IMG/VR virus record: IMGVR_UViG_3300045391_000819
Span: 1-64,000 of that record
Strand: one strand, 5' to 3'
Origin: a virus
DNA: 64,000 bases
The first letter of the stretch is position 1, and the number at the start of each line of letters is the position of its first letter. Shown here in pieces: positions 8,939 to 18,660 of the stretch. The notes beneath the pieces are model-generated. The model had not been told where the DNA came from, did not search any database, and worked only from the letters and a program-made list of their open reading frames with translations. The translations under genes were made by a program, and so were the position numbers.

Positions 8939-9308
8939 TATGACAAATGAATTTGGTTTAATAGGTAAAACTATTACTGAAATTAAAGGAGCCACTGATG
9001 GCAGTGATGTAATTGAATTTAAATTCTCAGACGGCGAGAAATATGAAATGTATCATCAGCAAGATTGTTGTGAGTCTGTGTATCTTCAAGATATTATTGG
9101 AGATATAAATGATTTGTTAAATTCCCCATTAACAATGTGCGAAGAAACAACAAGTAATGAAGAGCTTGGTATTGGTGATGAGTCAGATAGTTTTACATGG
9201 ACATTTTACAAGTTTGCAACCATTAAGGGTTACGTAACTCTCCGTTGGTTAGGTTCCTCAAATGGTTATTATTCTGAGTCAGTAACATTTGAAAAGAAAA
9301 GATCATGA
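8919..9308 (+). CDS. conserved phage hypothetical protein
   Basis: Motifs YH.QDCCESV and WTFYK...SNGYYSE that I recognise from many tailed-phage proteins. Confidence 0.75.
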   Translation: MDLNLFDMTNEFGLIGKTITEIKGATDGSDVIEFKFSDGEKYEMYHQQDCCESVYLQDIIGDINDLLNSPLTMCEETTSNEELGIGDESDSFTWTFYKFATIKGYVTLRWLGSSNGYYSESVTFEKKRS

Positions 9309-9442
9309 AAAAGATATTATTCATCCTGATATTTACAGCATTAGTGTTATTACATTTCGCATGCAAAGCACCATGTAAATTAGGATGTCCCCGACCCAAT
9401 GAAGCGTACCCTTCATACAGACGCTAATTAAATTGGAAGACT

Positions 9443-9685
9443 ATGAAGTTTAACCTTTGTCTCTTATTGTCTGGTATTGCATTCCTTATATGGGCATGTT
9501 CAATTCATGTACCTCAAGGACAATATCATTTGCAAGCGAAGAAAAGAATACAGACATTCAATCCAAGCTCGCCTCAAGCAACAATGCTTATCTTTAAAAA
9601 TGAATACGGACAGACAGTTACTAAGCGTGTGTTCGTAGATACATTTACGCTTGGTGATTGTTATTATTTTAAACGTAAACCATAA
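9443..9685 (+). CDS. small lipoprotein-like protein
   Basis: MK + hydrophobic + IWAC. Confidence 0.5.
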   Translation: MKFNLCLLLSGIAFLIWACSIHVPQGQYHLQAKKRIQTFNPSSPQATMLIFKNEYGQTVTKRVFVDTFTLGDCYYFKRKP

Positions 9686-9859
9686 CATATGTGGGCATTA
9701 CTATTATTTCCTATCATTATTCTATGTGCATATCTTATTATGCGTCATCCAACATGTGAGGATTGTGGTATTAAGATGGTAGATTGTGGTGAAGATGAGA
9801 AGTTTAAGTATATGTGCCCTCATTGCAATAAGTCAGTAACCTATAAATAAATTATATAT

Positions 9860-10579
9860 ATGAGACGAATTGGAATCGTCGGCTCAAGTACAGGTGAAGG
9901 TAGCTTTGGTACAACCAAAACGTATCTTACGTACATAGCACAGAGTTTAGATGCTATACCTGTTATCTTGTGTCCGAGTCATACAATTGATCGTAGTTTG
10001 GAATTGGTTATTATGCCCGGCGGTATGGATGTAAGTCCGACTATGTATGGTGCTGTGCCTCAGTATTACACAACACATACTGATGTATTTAAGCAGCACT
10101 TTGCAGATGTCAACTTACCTTTATATCTCGATGCAAACATTCCGGTCATGGGTATATGTCTGGGACACCAGATGATATGTGCCCACTTTGGTTCTGCGTT
10201 GACACAGCACATCAGTGAACATTCATTCGACAAGCGTGGAGAAGAGAATCATAAGGTGAAACTTACACCCGAAGGAAAGGAACTATTACAATTTGATAGA
10301 CCTGAAATTGGTGTTAATTCACATCATCATCAAGCTATCTTTAAGAATTCATTAGCTGATGGTTTAATACCGTTAGCCCTTGCGCCCGATCCGTTCGTAT
10401 CCAAACAGAAAGAATGGGATGACCCCATTATCGAAGCCTTTATTCATGAATCGTTACCAGCGGGTGGTGTCCAATGGCATCCCGAAGAATGGTATGACCC
10501 TGTAGCAAAATTGCTTGCTGAAAAATTAATAATCCGAGGAGCAAATGCCCGTAAAGCAAGCAAATTAAAATCAGCGTAG
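9860..10579 (+). CDS. class I glutamine amidotransferase-like / peptidase C26 (gamma-glutamyl hydrolase, PuuD-like)
   Basis: PGGMDV, GICLGHQ nucleophile elbow, VNSHHHQAI, GVQWHPE. Confidence 0.9.
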   Translation: MRRIGIVGSSTGEGSFGTTKTYLTYIAQSLDAIPVILCPSHTIDRSLELVIMPGGMDVSPTMYGAVPQYYTTHTDVFKQHFADVNLPLYLDANIPVMGICLGHQMICAHFGSALTQHISEHSFDKRGEENHKVKLTPEGKELLQFDRPEIGVNSHHHQAIFKNSLADGLIPLALAPDPFVSKQKEWDDPIIEAFIHESLPAGGVQWHPEEWYDPVAKLLAEKLIIRGANARKASKLKSA

Positions 10580-10596
10580 CCAATATCAATGGCCGC
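10577..10596 (+). promoter_or_regulatory. copy 3 of 20-bp motif
   Basis: TAGCCAATATCAATGGCCGC. Confidence 0.5.
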
Positions 10597-10638
10597 CAGC
10601 GTCAAAATGTACCGTGTATTTTCATTAGCGCATTTAAC

Positions 10639-11028
10639 ATGAAACAACTACTTAGGCCACTGCACGTAATAGTATTCATTGCTATTGCGTGCATTGCCTT
10701 GTGTCAAACTGATCGTATCCCGTTTTGGGTGCAATGTGCATTTGTTGGTACGTCATACATTATCGTTCTTGCCATTGCTATGGTATGGATTGATTATCCT
10801 GAATGGCGTCTATTACGCTCCATTTGTTGGCCTCTATTCCGTAACAAAGCATTGATGGATATTGAGGCTTTATCGTCTAAAAATTATACTGTTTATTGCG
10901 AAATATACAATGAAATTTCTAAAGGTAAAAAACATTTTGTATCAATGGGGTGGGAAGCCTTTTCTGCATGGAAGCATGATAGAATTGAGGATTTCTGGGT
11001 AAAGGCTAAATACCTCCGAGCTGTTTAG
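10639..11028 (+). CDS. membrane protein
   Basis: Two N-terminal hydrophobic segments. Confidence 0.65.
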   Translation: MKQLLRPLHVIVFIAIACIALCQTDRIPFWVQCAFVGTSYIIVLAIAMVWIDYPEWRLLRSICWPLFRNKALMDIEALSSKNYTVYCEIYNEISKGKKHFVSMGWEAFSAWKHDRIEDFWVKAKYLRAV

Positions 11029-11031
11029 TTT

Positions 11032-11217
11032 ATGGAAACAACTGATAAAAAACCCGATTTAGTCGATCTCGTAGAACGAATTGCATTTGAGATTCGTATG
11101 TTCGAGAAACTTAAAAGGACTTACAATAAAAAGCAACGGAGGCAAGAGATCGCACGCATTAATCGTTTAATTTCTGAATATAATTCAGTCATTCCAAAAG
11201 CAATGAAATTTATATGA
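11032..11217 (+). CDS. hypothetical protein
   Basis: 61-aa ORF. Confidence 0.55.
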   Translation: METTDKKPDLVDLVERIAFEIRMFEKLKRTYNKKQRRQEIARINRLISEYNSVIPKAMKFI

Positions 11218-11561
11218 AAATATTAGATAATGCACCAAGAATTGTTAGTCGTACGAAAGTCGAACACAATTCTGACAAATACATGAGAATAGAATTTGGT
11301 AACGGTCAAATTGATTGGAACCCCATCTCATATGATGGAGAATGTGATGAAGAGGCTCTGGAATTTGAATATCAAAAGGCAATCGGCAATAAACCAAGTA
11401 CAACAAGGTATAAACACATTCCAACGGGACTTGAATATGAATTTGTTGAAAAAGGAAAGACTGGAATGACGGTTATATTAAAACATGTTAATAGCAACTT
11501 CGAAATTGCAGCCGTATTTGTCCGACATTTAGGTGTAAAGGATTGGAAAGAAATAAAATAA
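11214..11561 (+). CDS. hypothetical protein
   Basis: 115-aa ORF, ATGA overlap. Confidence 0.65.
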   Translation: MKILDNAPRIVSRTKVEHNSDKYMRIEFGNGQIDWNPISYDGECDEEALEFEYQKAIGNKPSTTRYKHIPTGLEYEFVEKGKTGMTVILKHVNSNFEIAAVFVRHLGVKDWKEIK

Positions 11562-11878
11562 TTCATATGATTATCAATCAGTTCAATACTCCTGATATTT
11601 TATCTAAACATATCAGAGTAGACACTCAAAGAAATGGAAAGAGTATCTATACTCCATATTGTAGGATGGTTGGAAGTAAACAATTTTTTGTTTATAAAAA
11701 TCGTGATTTAGCAAGAAAAGAGGATTTTTATTTACAAGACGGTGGTTGGATGGGCGACCCAAATATATTCAAATCAGATAATGAAACATCAGCACGAGCT
11801 GGCTTGAATAAAGCTATTGTAAATTACAATAAAAAACTATCCGAGCTTATCGAGCATACAAAAATAATTGATTTATGA
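11543..11878 (+). CDS. hypothetical protein
   Basis: 111-aa ORF; start may be 11567. Confidence 0.6.
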   Translation: MERNKIIHMIINQFNTPDILSKHIRVDTQRNGKSIYTPYCRMVGSKQFFVYKNRDLARKEDFYLQDGGWMGDPNIFKSDNETSARAGLNKAIVNYNKKLSELIEHTKIIDL

Positions 11879-12321
11879 ATCAAGCAATTGCATTTGCCTT
11901 TTATAAACATGGTAAATTAATTGGTTATCGCCAAGATACAGTTGGTACAATTGGTGATATACCTAAGATTTATCATTATAGTGAAGGTCAAGTTGATACC
12001 GTTCTTAAAAACATTGACTTCGATGTTAGAGAGGGTGGAACATTTGGGAAAGCTTTAATGAATTGTAATCCTGAAGTTGCACAACTCATTGCCACTCGTG
12101 AAGATGAAGTGCATCAGTTGTTACAAGACAAACGAGCATTTGAAGTACGTGTTGTTGAATGCCCTGATTATCCACAAGAATTTGATGTGCCAACCGCATC
12201 TTATGTTTGCACTTGGGAATATCCAATGGCTGAAATAAAATCATGGGCACAAAACCCTGAAGAACATACTGTTCTCGAATCACATTTCTTTAGCATGGAT
12301 GGATTAATCCAACAAAATTAA
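11875..12321 (+). CDS. hypothetical protein
   Basis: 148-aa ORF, ATGA overlap. Confidence 0.7.
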   Translation: MNQAIAFAFYKHGKLIGYRQDTVGTIGDIPKIYHYSEGQVDTVLKNIDFDVREGGTFGKALMNCNPEVAQLIATREDEVHQLLQDKRAFEVRVVECPDYPQEFDVPTASYVCTWEYPMAEIKSWAQNPEEHTVLESHFFSMDGLIQQN

Positions 12322-12329
12322 TTATAATT

Positions 12330-12611
12330 ATGAATACTCAAGACTGGGTATCTGCAACAGTATTATGTATTGCAGTATACCTACTCATCATTTCCCGCCT
12401 CGCTGTGAAAAGTGTAACAAGATACGAAACCAGTTATCTTTGGATAAACATGGATGGGAGGACAGTTTCCCTACCATCACGCCCAAGCGGACAATATATT
12501 GTCATTGCTATAAAAAATAAATTTATATGCAATGAGTTCAAATCCTCAAAAGTAATTAATTGCAGGGTAACTCATTACACGTCTCCTTCAGAATTTTATC
12601 CAAAGCAGTAA
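12330..12611 (+). CDS. membrane-anchored hypothetical protein
   Basis: N-terminal hydrophobic helix. Confidence 0.55.
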   Translation: MNTQDWVSATVLCIAVYLLIISRLAVKSVTRYETSYLWINMDGRTVSLPSRPSGQYIVIAIKNKFICNEFKSSKVINCRVTHYTSPSEFYPKQ

Positions 12612-12732
12612 GCCTAAGTAGTGGTTGCAATGATTGTAGCTCCTTACTTATAAGCCTAATTTACTATCCTATTGAACCCAATTTGCCCCCTTCCTTATAG
12701 GTTTCCCCCATTGAATAATAAAAAAATAAGAT

Positions 12733-12954
12733 ATGAAATTTGAATTGGTCAATAATCTATCAAAAGTAAAAGCTTTTGAGGTAGGTAAGGCGTATATCCA
12801 TACGAATGGAATAGTTGTATGGTGTCTTAAATCCGAAGGTCAAACAGAAAGCACATTCGAAGGAATAGCTTTTAATGTTGCATTGCCTGCACCTACATTC
12901 TGGCCAAAGTCAGAGTTCATAGAATTTAAAGGCACATTTAGAATGTCATTTTGA
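12733..12954 (+). CDS. hypothetical protein
   Basis: 73-aa ORF. Confidence 0.6.
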   Translation: MKFELVNNLSKVKAFEVGKAYIHTNGIVVWCLKSEGQTESTFEGIAFNVALPAPTFWPKSEFIEFKGTFRMSF

Positions 12955-12972
12955 GCTAGTTTTTGTGGCCGC
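12953..12972 (+). promoter_or_regulatory. copy 4 of 20-bp motif
   Basis: GAGCTAGTTTTTGTGGCCGC. Confidence 0.6.
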
Positions 12973-13316
12973 GTGTTAATAAATCAATTGTATGCTTTCA
13001 ATCATAAAAAGACTATTGTACGTTATTGCACTCACTGTGTTTGGTGCGTGTGTTTGCCTTATATGTGTTGGCCAACTTTGGCTACCATATTGGATATTTA
13101 GCGGACGAAATGCATTAATGGATGCTGTTCATACAATGCAAAAAATTGATTCTACCCTTGCACCTTGACTCGGTTCTTGTAGAGGTCTTGTGGGACTTGC
13201 ACATAGCATTAAGATTGTAAGGTATGTTATACAACGGGTAGCTTAATGATATGGTGTACGAATTCACAAATATACTAACTCATCTATCATATTACAAAAT
13301 TGTTTAAGTTAAAACT

Positions 13317-13514
13317 TTGTTAATCATGTCAAATGCAGAGGATATGGCAGTCATCATTGAGGCTCTAAAGCAATTTAGAACTAATGATTATGAGGAATTC
13401 AAACTTGAATGGAAAATTGTAGAAAAGCAAGGTTTGCTTGCAAGTTTTCCTATCATTACTATCAGTAAAAAAAGTAAGGTAAAAAGTTCTGAAGAATGGG
13501 ATAATGAAATTTAA
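13317..13514 (+). CDS. hypothetical protein
   Basis: 65-aa ORF; start probably 13326. Confidence 0.5.
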   Translation: MLIMSNAEDMAVIIEALKQFRTNDYEEFKLEWKIVEKQGLLASFPIITISKKSKVKSSEEWDNEI

Positions 13515-13789
13515 AATTATGTTATTATGTGGTATATCGTTTGCTTTTTTGCAGGGTTCATTGTAGCTTTGTCTCTTGCTGGCCTGTTTATTTATTATCG
13601 TATTTTAAAACCTTTTTGGGACTCATTCTAAATCAATAAGTTATGTCAAAGATTACTGGTTCGCTTGAAAACAGATTGCTCATTGAAGCAAAATCAGGAA
13701 ACAAGGCAGCCCTTCGTCGCCTTAAAAAGATATTTGATCGTCGTGGTTTCACGATAAAAACGAATTCATTAAGTAAAGTAGCGTAATAG

Positions 13790-14250
13790 TTGCAATTCCG
13801 TTATAAAGACCTACGAGTCTAGGAATTACTTAGTGAGTCTATAAGAATAGCGATTTATTGTGGAGAAGCATTTCCATTCCCTGATTGAGTTACGGTCATA
13901 CTCCGTATTGTGTATGCTTGCATATTCATGTCGGTATCATCCCGTCAGTAATCGTAGGGAGTCTATGGTTATGCCTCGCATAAGGTACTTAAACGGTAAT
14001 GATTCGTGTGCAGATTAGATGTACATGATACCCATGCCTGATGTTAATGAAGAGATAATAATTCTCGGAGGTATCAGGCGATAAGTTGCTGACCCAAAAC
14101 TGTGAGGGGAAAACATCAGTCCCGATATACCAGCTTGCTGGTACTTGTGCTTTGGTATGACGCTCATCCTGCGCAGATTTAACGATCTGCGAGGGTGAGT
14201 TAATACTATATTAGCCAGACAAAAAGGAGTGGGTAAAGCTCTTTTTATAT
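13790..14250 (+). ncRNA. candidate structured intergenic RNA
   Basis: About 460 nt with no credible ORF; long helices, e.g. CTCATCCT/AGGGTGAG enclosing CGCAGAT/ATCTGCG, and GCCTGAT/ATCAGGC. Confidence 0.4.
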
Positions 14251-14275
14251 CGTATTTAAAACAAAAACATATATC

Positions 14276-15082
14276 ATGAAATCATTAATTCTTTCGCTCT
14301 TAATGAGCGTATTATTCCTGAGCGGGTTTGCTCAATCCGCTGAGAACGATTGTGTTAAAGGGCAGGTAATAGGTATTACGCCCGATGGCAAAGTAATCGT
14401 TGAAATGACTAACAAAGAAAGCTGTAATGGTGATGTTGGTTACGATATTGGGACAGCCGATATTGCTAATAAATCTATAGCAGCAGGGGCATCAGATACA
14501 TTTGAAGTAACTATTAGTGGGCCGACCACAATATTATTAGAGAATAACACTGAATGTAATGGGAGTTGTGGCCCAAGCATTCATTTACCTCTATTAATAA
14601 GTATCGTCAACACTCCGGTTACTGGTCTTGAGACATTCAGTGCTAAGTGGAATGAGGATTCCGCTAAGATTTTTCTTGAATGGACTACCTATACTGAGGT
14701 AGATAATAAAGAATTTCGTGTGCTTAATCATGGCAATCCAGTTCCATTAGGAGTTGTGCCTACCAAAGCATTGAATGGTAACAGTGCGTTACCTCTTACA
14801 TATCGAGCGTCAATTGACCCGAAAAACTACGATGCTTTTGAGATATTAGGTATGGCTTTAAGTTGGAATGCGTTAGGACTTCTACTATTTGTGAGCCTAG
14901 TGTGGGCAATCATAGCAAGGAAAAGAGCAGCAACAATACTGATCTTGGCAGTTGGTCTTGCATTCATGGGTTGTAAGAAAGATAAGCAGACAGAATTTCA
15001 TGGAGAATATACACTCCAATTGCAACAGGTAGATAATTCAGGCACATATGATTATAGTCCTGAAAGAAAGGTAGTATTCTAA
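14276..15082 (+). CDS. secreted/membrane protein with Bacteroidota surface-protein Ig-like module
   Basis: Sec signal; PV..ETFSA...LEWTTYTEVDNKEF...GNS..LTY...QQVDNSGTYDYS pattern; internal hydrophobic hairpin ending GCKK. Confidence 0.7.
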   Translation: MKSLILSLLMSVLFLSGFAQSAENDCVKGQVIGITPDGKVIVEMTNKESCNGDVGYDIGTADIANKSIAAGASDTFEVTISGPTTILLENNTECNGSCGPSIHLPLLISIVNTPVTGLETFSAKWNEDSAKIFLEWTTYTEVDNKEFRVLNHGNPVPLGVVPTKALNGNSALPLTYRASIDPKNYDAFEILGMALSWNALGLLLFVSLVWAIIARKRAATILILAVGLAFMGCKKDKQTEFHGEYTLQLQQVDNSGTYDYSPERKVVF

Positions 15083-15099
15083 CACCAAACAATTATTGT

Positions 15100-15726
15100 A
15101 TGGTTGTAAATAATATGACGAAGTCTAAGCTGGCGGTTAACCTTGGTTGTTATCCGCCACGCAATGACTCTGCCTATGAAGCTATGATAGCTAAGATTGT
15201 AGGCTTTAGAGATAAAACCAAAAAGAAAATGACCAAGCAAAATGCTGAGGCTCGTGAATTAAAGAAGCGAGCACTTGCTGTCCGTGCCGATAGACGAAAC
15301 GAATACGTAGAAAAATCAAGGGCTTATACTCTTGGGGATGAATTCATTGTGTATACACATCCGAAGAAATCTTCTATCATTTATAAATTGAAAACAATTA
15401 TAATGAAGGAAGAGATTGAGGTTGTCATGAAAAACAAACATATTATTCTACCGCATCGTAAGACTCATTATAACAATGATGATTGGATTGAATTTTACTA
15501 TGCCTTCGTAGGATTTACGGATGCCACACACTTTACAATCATAACAGACGCAGGAATATTTAAGGTACGCAAATCATTTATAATAAATCATTTGTCTACT
15601 AGGTCTGTTAGTAGAGGGTATGGCACACCGTGTATGATTTCTTTCACTGCATTAAAAACTCATAAGGCTTGGGAAGAGTTCGAGAGAAATCGACCTAACC
15701 AGTATGGTGATTATCAATGCGGATAA
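15100..15726 (+). CDS. hypothetical basic protein
   Basis: 208-aa ORF. Confidence 0.7.
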   Translation: MVVNNMTKSKLAVNLGCYPPRNDSAYEAMIAKIVGFRDKTKKKMTKQNAEARELKKRALAVRADRRNEYVEKSRAYTLGDEFIVYTHPKKSSIIYKLKTIIMKEEIEVVMKNKHIILPHRKTHYNNDDWIEFYYAFVGFTDATHFTIITDAGIFKVRKSFIINHLSTRSVSRGYGTPCMISFTALKTHKAWEEFERNRPNQYGDYQCG

Positions 15727-15729
15727 AAA

Positions 15730-16325
15730 TATAGGTGAGTAGATTTATACGTGACGAAAATGTAGTGGACGTGCAAATCCGTCCGAAAGGATAAAGTCGG
15801 CTGAACTTTAATTTGATTGACAAAGAATAATATAGTTAATCCGAAGTTAATGGACGTAAATACGACCTCTCCAAACGGCGTAGTCCTGAGCGGTAATGCA
15901 GTTTTGAAATGCTGATGAAGCATTTAGATTAGCTAATCCGTTATATAGATTAAATACCTCTTATTCCGCACATGCTACACGCAGAAGCCTATCAAGTTGG
16001 GTCATGCAAGAGACTTTCTACATACAGTACTCATAGGGCAAAATCGCCATGTTCTACATGGAATACGGGGAATAGTCCTGCCCTGCCACCTGCCAAATTT
16101 AATTTATTCAACATATATCCTTGGAGTTATGTCGTGTGTCGTAAGGGTGGAAACAGTGACCCTTACTGGGTTTCGTAAACCCGATACTTTGAGGCAACAA
16201 AGGAAGGGTGGTTCAATTGTAAGCACAGTTTTACTGTTTGGGTTATGTACGTACAATACATAACGAGCCTTACTCTGGGAACGTGCATAATGTTTGCATC
16301 GAGGTTCGACACCATCGCACCCTTT
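15730..16325 (+). ncRNA. candidate structured intergenic RNA
   Basis: About 600 nt with only conflicting short ORFs; perfect stems GTAAGGGT/ACCCTTAC, GGGTTT/AAACCC, GTTATGTA/TACATAAC. Confidence 0.4.
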
Positions 16326-16339
16326 TTCAAAAACTTTAT

Positions 16340-16600
16340 ATGTCTAAAATCGTAGGCTTCATTATCGAGACAGATGAGATACAGAAAGGTGATTTGTTCA
16401 CTGACCCTGACATTCTCAAACCTAATGGGGATTTTTATTTCGTTATGTTTAATGTCTCGCTTGAGGATAAGCGTAGGTTAGCTACATATCAAAAGCCTTT
16501 TTTGAAGGCTGTATTTCATGAGAAATTTGTTACGGAATTAAAGGCTAAAAAAGGAATCAAGAAAGCTAATTTCGATGGCTTCACATTAACAAAACCTTAA
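16340..16600 (+). CDS. hypothetical protein (start moved to MSKIVGF)
   Basis: ATG after an A/T-rich leader. Confidence 0.6.
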   Translation: MSKIVGFIIETDEIQKGDLFTDPDILKPNGDFYFVMFNVSLEDKRRLATYQKPFLKAVFHEKFVTELKAKKGIKKANFDGFTLTKP

Positions 16601-16609
16601 TATATTTTC

Positions 16610-16897
16610 ATGCCCGTTCTATTCAATAAAGGCTTTAAATTTAAAGCTGGTGAGCTTGAATATGAGAAGATAACTGATGATGAATTTGGGTGGTGGGTCG
16701 CAACCAATTCTAAATATCTTGTTCAAATAAAAGAAGATAAAAAGGATATAAACTCATATGAGTTGCATCCTGAATCTAATAAGTTATTATATGATGAACA
16801 TGGTAAGCTACAACGATTCGGCTTTCGCTGGACTGACGATCAAATAAGACGTTATTATAATCCTAATAACGAACCTCCAAAAATATTGTTCAAATGA
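16610..16897 (+). CDS. hypothetical protein
   Basis: 95-aa ORF. Confidence 0.65.
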   Translation: MPVLFNKGFKFKAGELEYEKITDDEFGWWVATNSKYLVQIKEDKKDINSYELHPESNKLLYDEHGKLQRFGFRWTDDQIRRYYNPNNEPPKILFK

Positions 16898-17673
16898 AAA
16901 CATACAGACATGTTAAAACTGGCGCAATTGCTAAAGGCATACCAGCTTCTGGTGAGCCTTTCCAAGTTACTCTCCAAGATTCCGGTTTAAGCTCAATTGA
17001 TGAAGAGTTTTTGACATCTGGGACTGATTGGAAAGAAGTTAAAGACCCCGAATGGACTATTCTTGCTTTTAGATTTTCTACTGGTAGAATTGAAACATTT
17101 GAAAGTCAGGAATTTCCCGTCTTGAAAACAAGAGATGAATGGGTTGATGCGTGTCTTGAAGAGTCAGCTCCTCCTGCAAGAATATGGAAGGTTAGAAGAG
17201 AAAAAGATAAAGTAGAATTTACGATTGGAGATACTGTAAGATTCAGATATTCCAGAGAACTTATAAGTATAAACAGATTTTTACCACTTCCTTTTTCTGA
17301 AGGCTTTAATTTTGAAGGACAAACTGGTGCATATTTTGCATTAAATTATGCAATTAATGTGGAAAAGAAACCTCTGTTTAAAACAGAAGATGGTGTGGAT
17401 ATATATAAAGGAGATACGGCGTGGTCAATAGCTAAAGCAGGCTTAGGATTTTTAGCCGAAACTACATATATAAATCCTGCTCCTTATGACGGTTTTCTAT
17501 ATTTCTCAACCAAAGAAGCAGCAGAAGAATATATATTCTTTAATAAACCTGTTATTAGTTTGAGAGAATATCTGGATAATATGGGTAGGAAATCTCTTAA
17601 TCGTAAGATAGAATTGAATATGTATCCTGAGTTAAAGAAATTTATTGAATCAAAATTAAAGGCAAATGCCTAA
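16894..17673 (+). CDS. phage hypothetical protein
   Basis: 259 aa, ATGA overlap. Confidence 0.8.
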   Translation: MKTYRHVKTGAIAKGIPASGEPFQVTLQDSGLSSIDEEFLTSGTDWKEVKDPEWTILAFRFSTGRIETFESQEFPVLKTRDEWVDACLEESAPPARIWKVRREKDKVEFTIGDTVRFRYSRELISINRFLPLPFSEGFNFEGQTGAYFALNYAINVEKKPLFKTEDGVDIYKGDTAWSIAKAGLGFLAETTYINPAPYDGFLYFSTKEAAEEYIFFNKPVISLREYLDNMGRKSLNRKIELNMYPELKKFIESKLKANA

Positions 17674-18166
17674 GCAAAAATATACATTCGGTCAAATTAA
17701 AAGGCACTTACAAGAGCAGCCAGCTCTCCACTTTAGAGGGCTGACCAAAGAAGATGTTGGGAAAGGGCTAACCAAATTCTCAAACAACTTCTTTGAGTAC
17801 AATAAAACTCTTGATACCTATCAAGGTAATAGCCTGCATACCCCGAAAGGTAGGCGTCGCTCAATCGGTGATATTTACTGTATCTTTTACTATTATTTCC
17901 CTAAGATAACCTTAACTAGCGTGTACGCTATTGTATTAGGCCAAATTTCGAAGGGAATTGCCCTGTCTGCTATATGTAACGCTACAAAAATGAGGGTCTA
18001 CAGGGGCGTTAGAAAGGGCTATGAGCAGCATTATTTTAACGGAGAACCTATTGATGAATTTGGCGTGGACATAAAAGAGTTTGAGGATTTTGAATCCTGC
18101 CCTAGAGAGATTGGTTCTTGGGGTGTGGGTGCAACATCTAAAAATTTGAAAATCATAGAGTTATGA
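17666..18166 (+). CDS. hypothetical protein, paralog of next gene
   Basis: Shared RSI[GS][DE][IL]Y.I...YF.IT and CN[AS] motifs. Confidence 0.75.
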   Translation: MPKQKYTFGQIKRHLQEQPALHFRGLTKEDVGKGLTKFSNNFFEYNKTLDTYQGNSLHTPKGRRRSIGDIYCIFYYYFPKITLTSVYAIVLGQISKGIALSAICNATKMRVYRGVRKGYEQHYFNGEPIDEFGVDIKEFEDFESCPREIGSWGVGATSKNLKIIEL

Positions 18167-18660
18167 ATGAAACATTACAACGGGTCTGTAAAACCCTTGA
18201 GGAATCTGAATCTTTTACCATTGTTCCTAATAAAATTTACGATTACTTTTGGATAGTAAAGAATAAAGGTGTAGATATTCCAGCCTTTGAAAATAAGTTT
18301 TCCAATGTCAGAGACTTCTTGCTGTGGTTTATCATTGACAATAGGAATGAATGTAAATATATGTCTCAAACCCCTGATGGGCAAAACTGCGGGCCACGAT
18401 CACTCCGTAGTATAAGTGAGCTGTATAAAATCACGAAGAATTATTTTGACATTACTGCTGAACAATTCTTTAAAGAGATTCTACTCCTCCAAAAGGAAGG
18501 TGTGCTGATAATCTATACGTGTAATTCAATCAATAAGATTTGTGTAGTTGAGAAAAAGATTCAATCAAGTGTAGTACCTAATGGATATGCAGGACTAACC
18601 AATGTCAGAGACTCTGAACTCCAGTACACAATGGATGATATTCTTTCAATTAATATGTAA
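18163..18660 (+). CDS. hypothetical protein, paralog of previous gene
   Basis: RSISELYKITKNYFDIT...TCNS. Confidence 0.75.
   Translation: MNETLQRVCKTLEESESFTIVPNKIYDYFWIVKNKGVDIPAFENKFSNVRDFLLWFIIDNRNECKYMSQTPDGQNCGPRSLRSISELYKITKNYFDITAEQFFKEILLLQKEGVLIIYTCNSINKICVVEKKIQSSVVPNGYAGLTNVRDSELQYTMDDILSINM

Noticed and set aside
14085-14110. Cobalamin riboswitch-like CTGACCCAAAACTGTGA
   Set aside because: Lacks the upstream AGGGAA/GGUG-AAUCC and downstream GCCACUG/AGCCAG elements, and is far from the RNR gene
16296-16325. A real tRNA gene around GGTTCGAC
   Set aside because: The T stem needs a bulge and no D or anticodon arms at canonical spacing are present; treated only as a tRNA-like module
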